A program made the translations under genes and the position numbers. A stretch of DNA of 64,000 nucleotides from Macrostomum lignano (lineage: Eukaryota). Shown piece after piece: positions 24,401 to 38,100 of this stretch. Location of the stretch: contig NIVC01002016.1 of NCBI GenBank assembly GCA_002269645.1, positions 66,729 through 130,728 on the forward strand, in the 5' to 3' direction. The first letter of the stretch is position 1, and each line of letters opens with the position of its first letter. A model generated the notes under the pieces. It did not search any database, was not told where the DNA came from, and saw only the letters and a program-made list of their open reading frames with translations.

Positions 24401-27400
24401 TTATTACCCTTTTGCATATGTATTCGTTCTGACGAATATTTACACAATTTACTGTGTGCATGTTTTTACTTTCTCTTAAAGCAATACAAAATGCACATGT
24501 ACATATGCAAGTCTATTTACTTTATTCAGCTGCTCGTTCTTCAACATGTACGTGACACTTTGTCGATTGGAACGCGATTTCACATGTACATGTGCCTAGT
24601 AGCTCTTGATACTGTTTACAGTAACAAAACAATGCATGGAGTCAACAGCTATAGAATCCCACGCAAACAAATTAAATAAGGAATTTGGTATTTACATGTA
24701 GCTATTTTTGTCACTGGAAACGACTATATACTACTTTATCGCAATATGATATTCAGTTTATCTATTCAAGATTTACATACAATATTCCTGCGTTGCATGG
24801 TCATGCAGATAATGAATTATTCACACATTACATGTAGGCGTATCGTGATCAAGGTTAGCTCGATAAATGAATTGAGAAAAATACATGGCATTGGGTCAAG
24901 AACTGCATGATGCATAGATTGAGTACGAGCAACGTACACGTGTCAGCATTTGAAAAAAATATATAGTGAAAATTGGGCATGTCAGACAAGGTATTCAGTG
25001 TCAGATAATACACATTGACAGGCACGTCGTTGCATGGTAATCAGACAAGAATTCAATGCAATCCTCTGAAAAATCGATGGCTCTGAAGAAAAAACGGGCA
25101 CGAATGTATTGCTATGAAAAGCAATGAAAAAAATGGTTACTGGCATTCACAGACCAAGTATAATGTAAATAATTCCAGTATCGATTGCATTGTATAATCT
25201 TGCCAAACTGCGTTAAAATCACGCGCATCAACTCTTGGCAAATGTGGTAAAAATTGAAATGTCAAGCAATGCGCTATAGTTATTCGCGAAATTGTTTAAG
25301 TCTCGGAAAGTTTATCTTTGCACTTCCCTCCCCCAGCCCAAATCCACATTTAATCCGCATTAACTGGGCTGCATGGAAGTTGCAAATTTGTAGAAACTTA
25401 AAAGGCACAGAGCAAATTGTTTTAACTTTAGCAAAAGTTAGCAATATTTATTATAAGCAGCAGACGCCATATATAGACTCTCGTATAGACAGAAGGGCAA
25501 GTATTTACAGAAGAGTCAAACGCAGTTCCTCATCTAGAGAAGTGCAGACTAAATCCCGGTCACTGAAGAATTAAGTAAATCGATCACACTGAAAGCACGA
25601 ACCAGCTGTCACACTGGTTGGAATAATAAGAATTCCATTCAACGCTTAGTAACCTATACAGTATAGTGAATTTTGAATTCTGATCGGAGATAGTCACGAA
25701 TGCCATGCGCATTTCTTGGAGCCTGAATAAACTCAGATTAAGCCGGCAGCTTTTTGGTCCGTGGCTTTCAACTATATTTGAGCAGTGTTGAGCTTCGGAG
25801 AGATTACCGGATTAATCTTCAAGATTTTTAAGCAAGATGCTTTAGCCTTTTAGTTCATCGAAGGTCTCTCCCGATCTGCTTGACATTTCTGTAATTTATC
25901 GCCAGTGCAAATGGGAAAAATCTACTTTCCTAATGAAAAATTCAATTTTTTGAGAAGAGAGACAGAATTTTATTATTATTTTAGGAATTTGTTTAACTTA
26001 AGCCATAGTGTTGTGTTTGAGGCCAAGCCTAGTTCAGATACCGTATCAACATTCGCATTAACTCATGGCTACATTCAGTAGTGTATTATGTAAATAATAA
26101 ACGCCGTTTAATTCACATGAATTAATTAACCATAGTCTATGATGAATTAAACGGCGTTTATTATATATTAAATTCGATTGCTCCTGATTTCGAGGAGATT
26201 ATATGATATAATATCCTAGTTTTTGTTAAAAATTACCACAGACAACACATTCCCGGCTCAGAATAGTACAATTTTTTAACGATTAAATAAGCAATCGTAT
26301 TTTATGTATAAGATTAAACATGCTTTTGAGGGATTTATGAAAATAACTCCCGAAAAAGGCATGTGTAATCTCGTATAAACCATAGACATTAAGACTTTAC
26401 GGGATATTATTGAATATTACCAAATAAAATCCCGGAGAACGCAAATATTTTCACGGAAAGTCTTTATAAATAATAACATAACTATGGATTATGGGCTTAT
26501 TTCAAATCACCGAAACCCGAATACTCATAGCTGGCTGAGTCTCGGTTAGGTCTGGTTCCTGATTCCACCAAAATCAGGACAACTGGGTCTCCATGCAGTT
26601 CTATGCTATTTTTAGAAATCCATGGCTTGTAAGTAAGGACTGTCTATGCCACTATGGTTTATCAAGCGGGGAGCTAAAGTAGGTCCGGGGCGTGAATGTT
26701 CTCTTATTCACTTATTTCTGTCAAACTGACCAAGCTGAAAAAGCACGGGAGTCACAAAAAGGGTAACACACTTTACGCCGATGGTAGGCAAACTCACGCT
26801 CGCAGAGCCTCTCTATCCGCGGCCCTCGGGTCCTTTGAAACTTTACAAAAACAATCCGGCCTGCTCAAGGTTTGTCTTTTCTTAGTCCCTGCTCTCTAAT
26901 CTCCTCTGTCTTTTCTCTCCCCTCTCTCCTCTCCTCTCTTCTGTCCTCTTCTATGTCCAAATATCTAACATCCATGCAATCATTTTGCAGTTTTACCATT
27001 CAATAGAGCAGCTGTGCGAGGAGTTGTGGCGATCCAATTTCAGCTCGATTGGACGAGCTAAACACAGTCAGGAAACTTTCGCAAAACCTCTATTATGTAT
27101 GCATTTTACGATCCCATAATAAGCATCAGACGCCTATATATATATACAATAGAGTGTCTGGCCAGACTAATTAATCAGGTCGCAATGTCGCCGCAATATT
27201 GACATTGCGCATTCGTCCGCACGAGGACTGGATCTTAGGAGCTAGGAATCAAAGTCATCGACTACCATCCTAACCATTTCTTGATCATCCTTCAATCGTT
27301 AATCAAAGTCCTCCGCTGCGTCTCTGCGCCGGCTGGTAATGGGGTGGTGATCATCAATCACATCTCTCGGGAGGGAAGGCCGCAATGCTGCCAATCTACG

Positions 27401-29388
27401 ACACAAATTCTAGGCGCCTAGGCCTAGGCCCAAAGAAGAGTTTGAGCTCTCACTATTGCCACACGATCGCCTATACTATTTTTGAATCTCTATCTCCCTA
27501 GTTGATTACGCTCGTACATCTTTTTCACGCCCCGCGCCGCGATCAGATAGTGAGGTTGAAGACTTGAGACCAAATACGAGTATGTGGAACAGCTGAGACG
27601 ACTAGAGGAAGCGTCCAATTTTGCCGAGATCGAAAATGCAAATGACCCGACATCCCGTGTTCCAGACCGCGGCTTTCATTGATAAAGTTTTCAGCTGACT
27701 AAAGCTTAGGTCACAGCGCGGCAAACACAGCTGTCTAGTTATTGTATTACTTGAAGTAGTTAGAACTATACGATTATAGGCACTCGCAAATAACTTGATA
27801 CCGCCTAGAGTAAATACATAATGTAGTAAAGCAAAAAGTCTGCTGCATTGGTGCTCCTGCACTATCGGCCTAATTATCTGCCAACTGGATCTCTCCGGTC
27901 TAAGCAGCCGATCTGTCAGCCAAATCTCCAGCTATCGATTCTGTAACTGCCTCTGCGCCAGGAGGTAATCCGCAGAGGACAAACAGTCTTGAGCTCATGC
28001 GCAGATAGAAGGCTCAAACCCTTGTCAGACTGTATGCCAACCGGACTAGCTAATCCAATAGAAGCCACCAATTAGCACCCCGTCTGGGCCACTGCGTCGA
28101 TTTTTTATAAAATCAAAGCAGACAAAATCAACTACTGTACGAGTAGAAGGCAGTTTGTCACGTCGATTCTGAAGTCGATGGAATAAATCAATTCAGAAAT
28201 TTGCTTTTCCTTCATCATTTTTATCTGTAAAAAACAACTTTCTTTTTACAATAGAAACTTTCTTCCGCAGCATCAGTAGTTGGTCAATCTCGTCGGCCTT
28301 ATCGGCGCCACGCCGACTGTTAAAACGGCAACAGGCGAGCCATCAAAGCGGCACTGCATCGCCGCGCCAGCCTGACCCGTCCAAGCGACGTGTCGCGCCG
28401 ACGGAGACTCCAGTTGGCAGGCTACATCATCCACACCGAGTCGTACTGCCTACAGACAGTGCAGTATTTCGTCGATTGACGGCCAACGACAAGACTCCGA
28501 GGCGCGCCCGGCCTGTAGCGCTATTGTTCTGAATGCCCTATAATGTTTCGACAACATAACATAAAGATTTTGTACAAAATCCCGGTGTATTGGATATATA
28601 TTATATTGGATTAGCAAGATGAGATTAAGGACAAAATCCTGTCTTCTTCGCAAAGAAATTTACTTCAACAAATTTTCACTTAATTGTCTTCAATTTCAAA
28701 TACGGCACAAAGCCGACAGCAGTTAAGACGGTCACGATTTTCCACGATTCTCACGGAAGCATGCCTTCGTCAGGTCAGCTCACCGAAGATTCTTAATAAA
28801 ATATTTCGTGAATATAGACGCCGCGGTGAATACTAGTTGCAGACTCTCTTGTTAATTCGTTTCACCTGCCTTCTGCACCAATTGACCCATGCTCACATAA
28901 TCATAGGCATCTGCCGGCGTCTGTATAGAATTCCGAGCACGAGAAATTTGAGTAGCTGCCTTAGTCCCCAGGGCGCAGTCTCGTGTCTCGGCCTACCCTG
29001 CAAGCTTTCCAGGCCAGCCCGCTAATAAGCGAATACGTGACGAGCCGCTTCAACTGCCGTGCACCTTTCGACACGTCTTGCGTGCATCTTCTGAGCAAAG
29101 TCGTTATCCCTTTGTCGTCATCCCTCTAGGAGCAGCCGGCTGACACGTTCGCCCTTCGGGGTTACTACAGTAGTTGACCAATAGCATGCCATCTAAGGCT
29201 CCATTCGCTCTCCATTTTATCCCACGGCCTCTCCAATCCGATTCCTAGGCATGCTTTGCCCTATTCTCTCCAGTGCCTACTGATAAAAACTGGGCCCAGT
29301 AAATCAGAAAGATCGCCATCTCTAACTGCCTAACAACTTCTGGTTGAATTCCTACCTTCTCTCTACTCGCAATTCCCGCCACGCTGCT

Positions 29389-30624
29389 ATGCTGGAGTCC
29401 CAGGCCGACCACGAGAACCACATCAACAATCGGACGAGCGCGGTGGATGAACCGCCTGAGCGGGTGCTGGCCTTCATCTCCGGGATTGCCATCCTGCTCT
29501 GCCTGGTGCTGGGCGCCCTCGGTAACCTATGGATTATGATTGTGGTGCTGGTCCGCCGCGAGATGCGGAGCAACCTAATTAACCTGTTCATTGCCAGTCT
29601 ATGCCTGAACGACTTGTTGAACTTGCTGCTAAACCAGAGCATGGTGGCGGTTTCCTATTTAGCCGGAAGCTGGAAGCTGGGTCCTCTGCTCTGCGAGCTC
29701 ATGCCAGAGCTCAACATGTTGCTGGTGTGCGTCTCCCTCTGGCACCACGCCTTAATTAGCCTGCACCGCTACATTGTGGTGGTGCACAACAGCACCTACG
29801 TACAGCTGCACAAGGGTCTGTACGCTGGCATCATCCTGGCCGGTACTCGAGTGTTTGGCGCCCTGCTCAGCCTCTCCTTGCCGCTCTTCAACTCGGGCAG
29901 TTGGCGCGGCAGCACTGTCTATCAGGCCAAGATGCTGCGCTGCATCTACGAGAGAACCCAGCGGTTCCGCATACTGGGGGTCGTGATCATCTCCCAGCTG
30001 ATTCCTTGCGCGATCGTCATCGTCTGCTTCGCCCTGATCTTCGTGTTTGTCCGCCGGGCCAACACCGGCTCTCTGGTCAGCGATCAGCTGCTGATGCGAC
30101 GCGAGCTGCGCATCACTAAGATGTTCGGCGTCGTGTTTCTCATGTTCCTGGTGGGGTTCCTGCCCTACGGCTGTCTGAGAATGATAGACTCTGGCAACAC
30201 ACTCGGGCCGCAGGCGTACGTGCTCGTCACGCTGCTATACGCTGCTGCGTCCAGCGTCAACCCGCTGATCTTCGGCGCCATGAACAGAGAAATCCGGCTG
30301 GCCTGCCTGCGGCTGATCTCGCGGAGGAGCTCCCGGGCTTCCGCCGCCGCTGCCGCTGGCGCCTCCACAGCCGCCCGCACTGCCTCTGCAACCGCAGCCA
30401 CCGGGAATAAGGTCCAACAGAAGCGACAAAAAAAGAAGCCAGTCGCCGCCGCCGCCTCGGTGGTTGAGGTCGGCGCCAGCAAGAATCGCTGCCGGCCGTC
30501 TACGGAGCTTTCGTCTTCGCTGGGCAGCGGCGCCACTGCCGGGCCGGAGAGCCGCCAGCTGCTGTCCGTCAGCGACCCGGACCAGAGCTGCCAGCAGGAG
30601 AGCGACACCACACTGATGGATTGA
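29389..30624 (+). CDS. Rhodopsin-class GPCR, Tre1/Moody/GPR84/melatonin-receptor-like, single coding exon, 411 aa
   Basis: GN in TM1, NLFIASLCLND in TM2, WKLGPLLC, ISLHRYIVVVH, RRELRITKMF, FLPY, NPLIFGAMNREIR; N-terminal NRT glycosylation site. Confidence 0.92.
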   Translation: MLESQADHENHINNRTSAVDEPPERVLAFISGIAILLCLVLGALGNLWIMIVVLVRREMRSNLINLFIASLCLNDLLNLLLNQSMVAVSYLAGSWKLGPLLCELMPELNMLLVCVSLWHHALISLHRYIVVVHNSTYVQLHKGLYAGIILAGTRVFGALLSLSLPLFNSGSWRGSTVYQAKMLRCIYERTQRFRILGVVIISQLIPCAIVIVCFALIFVFVRRANTGSLVSDQLLMRRELRITKMFGVVFLMFLVGFLPYGCLRMIDSGNTLGPQAYVLVTLLYAAASSVNPLIFGAMNREIRLACLRLISRRSSRASAAAAAGASTAARTASATAATGNKVQQKRQKKKPVAAAASVVEVGASKNRCRPSTELSSSLGSGATAGPESRQLLSVSDPDQSCQQESDTTLMD

Positions 30625-31840
30625 GCAACCAAGTAGAGTTCAACACGAAAGAGTCACACGGGGGAAGCTTCTCGAAACTTGCATAACATTGGTTCGATCG
30701 TAACTTGACGACGGTTGCGAGAAGCGACACCTTCGTTCGCAATTAACAACATAAAATTGAACTTATCCATTATACTAAAATTTTTTTTACTAATATTACT
30801 CATGACCCACAGCTGACTGTTGTTGCATTGACCTTATTTTCGTGCAACTTTAGAGCTTTGACGACGTTGCATGAATCGAAACGCTTAAAAAAGACTTTAG
30901 CTAACTCATAACGAACCTATGAGCCTTGTCAAAGCAGCATTGCATTTGTAAATTTTAATTCACACAAAAAAATAGTTTTTTTCGTCCATGCTGAGTTTAC
31001 TTGTCATTTACTTACCGCGTTCTTCTTAGTGTTCTTTGTCGAAAAGTTTTCGAAATATGATATTATTCGCTATGTTTCTGCACCACACCTTATTGGGTTA
31101 GCAAACTAAACATTGAAGAAAATCACTTCGTTAGGTTCGATAAATTTAACAACGAATTATGTTAACTGCCTGTCTAAGGTCGGGGAGTTTTAAGTCCATC
31201 AAGTTTTTTTTTAATTTTTTGTTGCTTTGCTAAATTTTCAGTTTTTGTTCTAATAATTTAAGCGCCACCATTTCTGTATATCTCATCCCAAATAAACTGA
31301 AGCTACCAGGTAGATGCTGCTTTTTGAGTTAACTACCTATGACTTTGGCTTTTTGCTTGCACAGACGAAGTAAAATGTTAAATCGGCACATTTATCAGAT
31401 ACACTTAGCGACAGTAGTCAACTTTTTTTCAGATATCAGCCTGAGTAACAAAATTTGTCTAAACTACAACGGATGGCCATAGACTATCGGCTTTAGGTGC
31501 TGTGGTGGCTTTGAAAGGTTTAAATTAAACCAGACGGGACAGAAAAGTACACGAATTAATGAGCCGAACAAGTTCGTTACTCGTTTAAGAAAAGTTCATT
31601 AGATCGTATAAATTTAACAACACGAATTGTGCCAATTGCCTGCCTAAGGTCGGGAGTTTGCGTTGACGGGCTAGGGAAAGTAATAAAAATAGCCCCACCC
31701 AGCGCAGAGCTGTCTGCAAGCTAGTAAGAAACTGGGCCGGGCTTCCAGCTGAGAAAAAATAACTAATTAAATTCGCCACGGCGAAGTACGGATGCTACGC
31801 GAGCAAAACGGGACTTCTTCCCACCCGAAGGCCCTCGTTT

Positions 31841-32135
31841 GTTAGGGTTAGGGTTAGGGCTAGGGATACGTTTAGTTAGGGTTAGGGTTAGGTTTAGGGC
31901 TAGGGATACGTTTAGTTAGGGTTAGGGTTAGGTTTAGGGCTAGGGATACGTTTAGTTAGGGTTAGGGTTAGGTTTAGGGCTAGGGATACGTTTAGTTAGG
32001 GTTAGGGTTAGGTTTAGGGCTAGGGATACGTTTAGTTAGGGCTAGGTTTAGGGTTAGGGTTAGGTTTAGGACTAGGGTTAGGTTTGGGTTAGGGTTAAGG
32101 TTAGGTTTAGGGCTAGGTTTGGGTTAGGGATAGGG
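31841..32135. repeat. Interstitial telomere-like (TTAGGG) variant array with a 40-bp higher-order unit
   Basis: TAGGGATACGTTTAGTTAGGGTTAGGGTTAGGTTTAGGGC repeated about 5 times, then degenerate TTAGG(G). Confidence 0.9.
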
Positions 32136-33821
32136 TATTGCTGAGATTTCTAGTCTGGCGGGAGGTTTGTTGAGATAGGCTTAGGGGGGGGGGCATTGCT
32201 GAGCTGTCAAGGCTTACGAATTTCAATTCTCACAAGGATAATTGCTGAGGTTTATACCAAAAAGAAGCTACAGGTAGTTTATTCAGAAATTTGTACATAT
32301 TCCATTCATTGTTGGCTTCCCAACGGGGGCGCCCTGACTGCTAGTTGCTTTCTAAAAGCGGTGAATCAGTCACCTGGCGGAATAGAACTTTTAGTAGTAG
32401 ACAAAATGAGCACGTCGTGAATGTTATAAGTAAAAAGGTATGCAAGGAAATGATTATTAGATCGGAAAAGTCCACGACTGCCAGCTATACAAATTTGTTG
32501 TTGTGTTCTGTCTGCGTTTTGTCCTGTGCGGCCTGTCTGACATTTCGACTTGTTGTCTGTCGAATCAAACCTACATGCATCATTAAGATATCAATATAAT
32601 TGGGACCATATATATACTTATTACTATTGTTATTAATAAATGTTGGCGCTGCTTTTTGTACTGTATAATACAATATTTTTAAGGAGAACTAATTAATGCA
32701 GCGAAATAAAAAAATAGAAAAAAGTTCCGAATGCACTTTAAGACAAGAATTGTGAACTTCACTAATTTCTACCTCCCTATGGCACTGTGGACATGTCCTG
32801 TCTTCATTGCCAGTTTATGGTTTTGCTAATCTAAACTGTGACAGTTTTTTTAATTATGGACAGGAAATTTCTATAGGACAAACTTTTTCTGGCAGAGTTC
32901 CCTACTCTTGTATACAGTGTCGCGTATATTCCAGTCCCAAACTGGCTTTGTGTGTTCTGACTTTCCTCAGATCTCAGACTCAAGTTGGCGCCATTCCTGT
33001 CAACTGTGGGCGATGCAGTTCGCTTGGGCTGGTGAGGAGAGAGTGGAGAGTTATGGCTAAGAGTTGAATTGAAGCTGCCACTTGTTGACCAACTGGTTTC
33101 GGGTTGGAAGCTTTAACATGTCGCTGAGTGTATATGTACGAGGGTATGAATGCATTTTCCTGTTATTATTGCTCATATTAATATTGGCTTCTTAGTTTCC
33201 CAAAGCAACGTTGTGTAAAGAAAGAAGCAGAGCGGTAGTTATTTTTAAAAGCAGCCAGCAAATGCAAATTTTCATTATTCATCAGTCAATAAAAGCAACC
33301 AATTTTGTAAGCAGCACTGCAAGCAGCACTTTACAAGGCAAAATATTCCGATGTTACAAGTGCAACTGCACCGAATACCACTAGGGTTATAAAAGAATAA
33401 GGAAATTCTTTATGCTCGCAGTCAGAATCGACACGAGCCGGTCTTTCATATTTGTTTTTCAGTATTTTCATATTTTTCCAGAATAATAATGCATGAAAAT
33501 TGCCCATAAAGATGATTGTTTTCAAACCAATTTCAGGTGGATAAAGCTTTGTAAGCATTTAAAACAAACTACGTGATTCACAGTCAAATTGCCGCTACGG
33601 AGCGCTCGCTTAAGAATTGGAAACGGATGGAAGTCACTCACACGGACCCGCATTGACTTCTGATCGCTTGCAGAAATTGGTGGAATCCACCTGGGCAGAG
33701 GAGCTCTTCGATAGATGGAGATGCTGATATACAGAATCTCAATGATCTGAAGATCAGAAAGCCCCTCCGTCTCTCTGAACTTTTTAGTGTCCCACGCATT
33801 TACGAGTAGACTCTGCAACGA

Positions 33822-34722
33822 TCATTGGAATGTTCAGGATGTATTAGCCATTGGGAATGTTCAGGATGTATTAACCATTGGGAATGTTCAGGATGTATTA
33901 ACCATTAGGAATGTTCAGGATGTATTAGCCATTGGGAATGTTCAGGATGTATTAACCATTGGGAATGTTCAGGATTTATTAGCCATTGGGAATGTTCAGG
34001 ATGTATTAGCCATTGGAATGCTCAGGATGTATTAGCCATTGGAATGCTCAGGATGTATTAGCCATTGGGAATATTCAGGATGTATTAGCCATTGGAATGT
34101 TCAGGATGTATTAGCCATTGGGATTGTTCAGGATGTATTAGCCATTGGGATTGTTCAGGATGTATTAGCCATTGGGAATGTTCAGGATGTATTAGCCATT
34201 GGGAATGTTCAGGATGTATTAGCCATTGGGAATATTCAGGATGTATTAGCCATTGGAATGCTCAGGATGTATTAGCCATTGGGAATATTCAGGATGTATT
34301 AGCCATTGGAATGCTCAGGATGTATTAGCCATTGGGAATATTCAGGATGTATTAGCCATTGGAATGTTCAGGATGTATTAGCCATTGGGATTGTTCAGGA
34401 TGTATTAGCCATTGGGATTGTTCAGGATGTATTAGCCATTGGGAATGTTCAGGATGTATTAGCCATTGGGAATGCTCAGGATGTATTAGCCATTGGAATG
34501 TTCAGGATGTATTAGCCATTGGAATGCTCAGGATGTATTAGCCATTGGGAATATTCAGGATGTATTAGCCATTGGAATGTTCAGGATGTATTAGCCATTG
34601 GGATTGTTCAGGATGTATTAGCCATTGGGATTGTTCAGGATGTATTAGCCATTGGGAATGTTCAGGATGTATTAGCCATTGGGAATGCTCAGGATGTATT
34701 AGCCATTGGGAATGCTCAGGAT
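33822..34722. repeat. 26/27-bp minisatellite (CCATTGGGAATGTTCAGGATGTATTAG)
   Basis: Direct. Confidence 0.95.
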
Positions 34723-35182
34723 GCGCAAGCCAGACGGACAAAAAATCAAAGTACTCAAAGGACTGTGTTACATAAAATTACAGACAATGCCATGCAGGAA
34801 CAGCGGAGAATCGAAGAGAAAAGTCCAAACCAGATAAAAGTCTTCGTAGACTTCTTCTGTGTTCCGCCTCCAGGTTAATCGTAGAATCCAGTCACCCGGA
34901 CAGATTGCGTGACTAACACTCCGCTGCATGGATGTCAACAAATGAGGATAGATTCAAAGATGAACAGGGTGCTACAGTCTATAGTAAAAAAATTTCGCTA
35001 TATTTTCCCCTGTTGTTATTGCAACACCCTCCTTTGTGTTGGACCCGCGTACCGCGTTTCACTGTACGATTTTTTCGACGCTTTTCAAGTTTCCAGAAAA
35101 TACTCGTATTTAAAAGTCTCAGCGCCCGGATTTATGGGGCTACGCGGATAGCAGAGCAAGCCGGTTCGCACCTTACCTAACC

Positions 35183-38100
35183 CCTGTCACAGACCCTAAA
35201 GCACCTACCTGTCACAGACCCTGAAACTCTATCACAGACCCTAGAGCATCTATCACAGACTGAAGTGATTAAAGAACCCTGTCACAGACACTAAAACTTT
35301 GTCACAAACCCAAGAGCACCTGTCAAAAGCCATAGAACCCGGCCCCTGTCACAGACCCTAGAGTACCTGTCACAGACCCTAGAGTACCTGTCACAGACCC
35401 TAGAGTACCTGTCACAGACCCTAGAGTACCTGTCACAGACCCTAGAGTACCTGTCACAGACCCTAGAGTACCTGTCACAGACCCTAGAGTACCTGTCACA
35501 AACCCTGGAGTACCTGTCACAGACCCTAGAGTACCTGTCACAGACCCTAGAGTACCTGTCACAGACCCTAGAGTACCTGTCACAGACCCTAGAGTACCTG
35601 TCACAGACCCTAGAGTACCTGTCACAGACCCTAGAGTACCTGTCACAGACCCTAGAGTACCTGTCACAGATCCTAGAGTACCTGTCACAGACCCTAGAGT
35701 ACCTGTCACAGACCCTAGAGTACTTGTCACAGACCCTAGAGTACCTGTCACAGACCTTAGAGTACCTGTCACAGACCCTAGAGTACCTGTCACAGACCCT
35801 AGAGTACCTGTCACAGATCCTAGAGCACCTGTCACAGACCCTAGAGTACCTGTCACAGACCCTAGAGTACCTGTCACAGACCCTAGAGTACCTGTCACAG
35901 ACCCTAGAGTACCTGTCACAGACCCTAGAGTACCTGTCACAGACCCTAGAGTACCTGTCACAGACCCTAGAGTACCTGTCACAGACCCTAGAGTACCTGT
36001 CACAGACCCTAGAGTACCTGTACAGACCCTAGAGTACCTATACAGACCCTAGAGTACCTGTCACAGACCCTAGAGTACCTGTACAGACCCTAGAGTACCT
36101 GTCACAGACCCTAGAGTACCTGTCACAGACCCTAGAGTACCTGTCACAGACCCTAGAGTACCTGTCACAGACCCTAGAGTACCTGTCACAGACCTTAGAG
36201 TACCTGTCACAGACCCTAGAGTACCTGTCACAGACCCTAGAGTACTTGTCACAGACCCTAGAGTACCTGTCACAGACCTTAGAGTACCTGTCACAGACCC
36301 TAGAGTACCTGTCACAGACCCTAGAGTACCTGTCACAGACCCTAGAGTACCTGTCACAGACCCTAGAGTACCTGTACAGACCCTAGAGTACCTATACAGA
36401 CCCTAGAGTACCTGTCACAGACCCTAGAGTACCTGTCACAGACCCTAGAGTACCTGTCACAGACCCTAGAGTACCTGTCACAGACCCTAGAGTACCTGTA
36501 CAGACCCTAGAGTACCTATACAGACCCTAGAGTACCTGTCACAGACCCTAGAGTACCTGTCACAGACCCTAGAGTACCTGTCACAGACCCTAGAGTACCT
36601 GTACAGACCCTAGAGTACCTATACAGACCCTAGAGTACCTGTCACAGACCCTAGAGTACCTGTCACAGACCCTAGAGTACCTGTCACAGACCCTAGAGTA
36701 CCTGTCACAAACCCTGGAGTACCTGTCACAGACCCTAGAGTACCTGTCACAGACCCTAGAGTACCTGTCACAGACCCTAGAGTACCTGTCACAGACCCTA
36801 GAGTACCTGTCACAGACCCTAGAGTACCTGTCACAGACCCTAGAGTACCTGTCACAGACCCTAGAGTACCTGTCACAGACCCTAGAGTACCTGTCACAGA
36901 CCTTAGAGTACCTGTCACAGACCCTAGAGTACCTGTCACAGACCCTAGAGTACTTGTCACAGACCCTAGAGTACCTGTCACAGACCTTAGAGTACCTGTC
37001 ACAGACCCTAGAGTACCTGTCACAGACCCTAGAGTACCTGTCACAGACCCTAGAGTACCTGTCACAGACCCTAGAGTACCTGTCACAGACCCTAGAGTAC
37101 CTGTCACAGACCCTAGAGTACCTGTCACAGACCCTAGAGTACCTGTCACAAACCCTGGAGTACCTGTCACAGACCCTAGAGTACCTGTCACAGACCCTAG
37201 AGTACCTGTCACAGACCCTAGAGTACCTGTCACAGACCCTAGAGTACCTGTCACAGACCCTAGAGTACCTGTCACAGACCCTAGAGTACCTGTCACAGAC
37301 CCTAGAGTACCTGTCACAGATCCTAGAGTACCTGTCACAGACCCTAGAGTACCTGTCACAGACCCTAGAGTACCTGTCACAGACCCTAGAGTACCTGTCA
37401 CAGACCTTAGAGTACCTGTCACAGACCCTAGAGTACCTGTCACAGACCCTAGAGTACCTGTCACAGATCCTAGAGCACCTGTCACAGACCCTAGAGTACC
37501 TGTCACAGACCCTAGAGTACCTGTCACAGACCCTAGAGTACCTGTCACAGACCCTAGAGTACCTGTCACAGACCCTAGAGTACCTGTCACAGACCCTAGA
37601 GTACCTGTCACAGACCCTAGAGTACCTGTCACAGACCCTAGAGTACCTGTCACAGACCCTAGAGTACCTGTCACAGACCCTAGAGTACCTGTCACAGACC
37701 CTAGAGTACCTGTCACAGACCCTAGAGTACCTGTCACAGACCCTAGAGTACCTGTCACAAACCCTGGAGTACCTGTCACAGACCCTAGAGTACCTGTCAC
37801 AGACCCTAGAGTACCTGTCACAGACCCTAGAGTACCTGTCACAGACCCTAGAGTACCTGTCACAGACCCTAGAGTACCTGTCACAGACCCTAGAGTACCT
37901 GTCACAGACCCTAGAGTACCTGTCACAGATCCTAGAGTACCTGTCACAGACCCTAGAGTACCTGTCACAGACCCTAGAGTACTTGTCACAGACCCTAGAG
38001 TACCTGTCACAGACCTTAGAGTACCTGTCACAGACCCTAGAGTACCTGTCACAGACCCTAGAGTACCTGTCACAGATCCTAGAGCACCTGTCACAGACCC

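Noticed and set aside
31125-31665. Diverged direct repeat of about 70 bp, 470 bp apart (possible LTR pair)
   Set aside because: No TG..CA ends, PBS, PPT or TSD; likely a local duplication.
32345-33700. Short exon-like segments (hydrophobic ORF 32345-32599, FRCYKCNC at about 33350, 14-nt AG/GT-bounded piece at about 33538)
   Set aside because: They could not be joined into a consistent frame or assigned to a family.
34792-35151. Two same-frame ORFs joinable by a 30-nt GT-AG intron (34874-34903)
   Set aside because: The product is unrecognisable, the acceptor is weak, and such pairs arise by chance.
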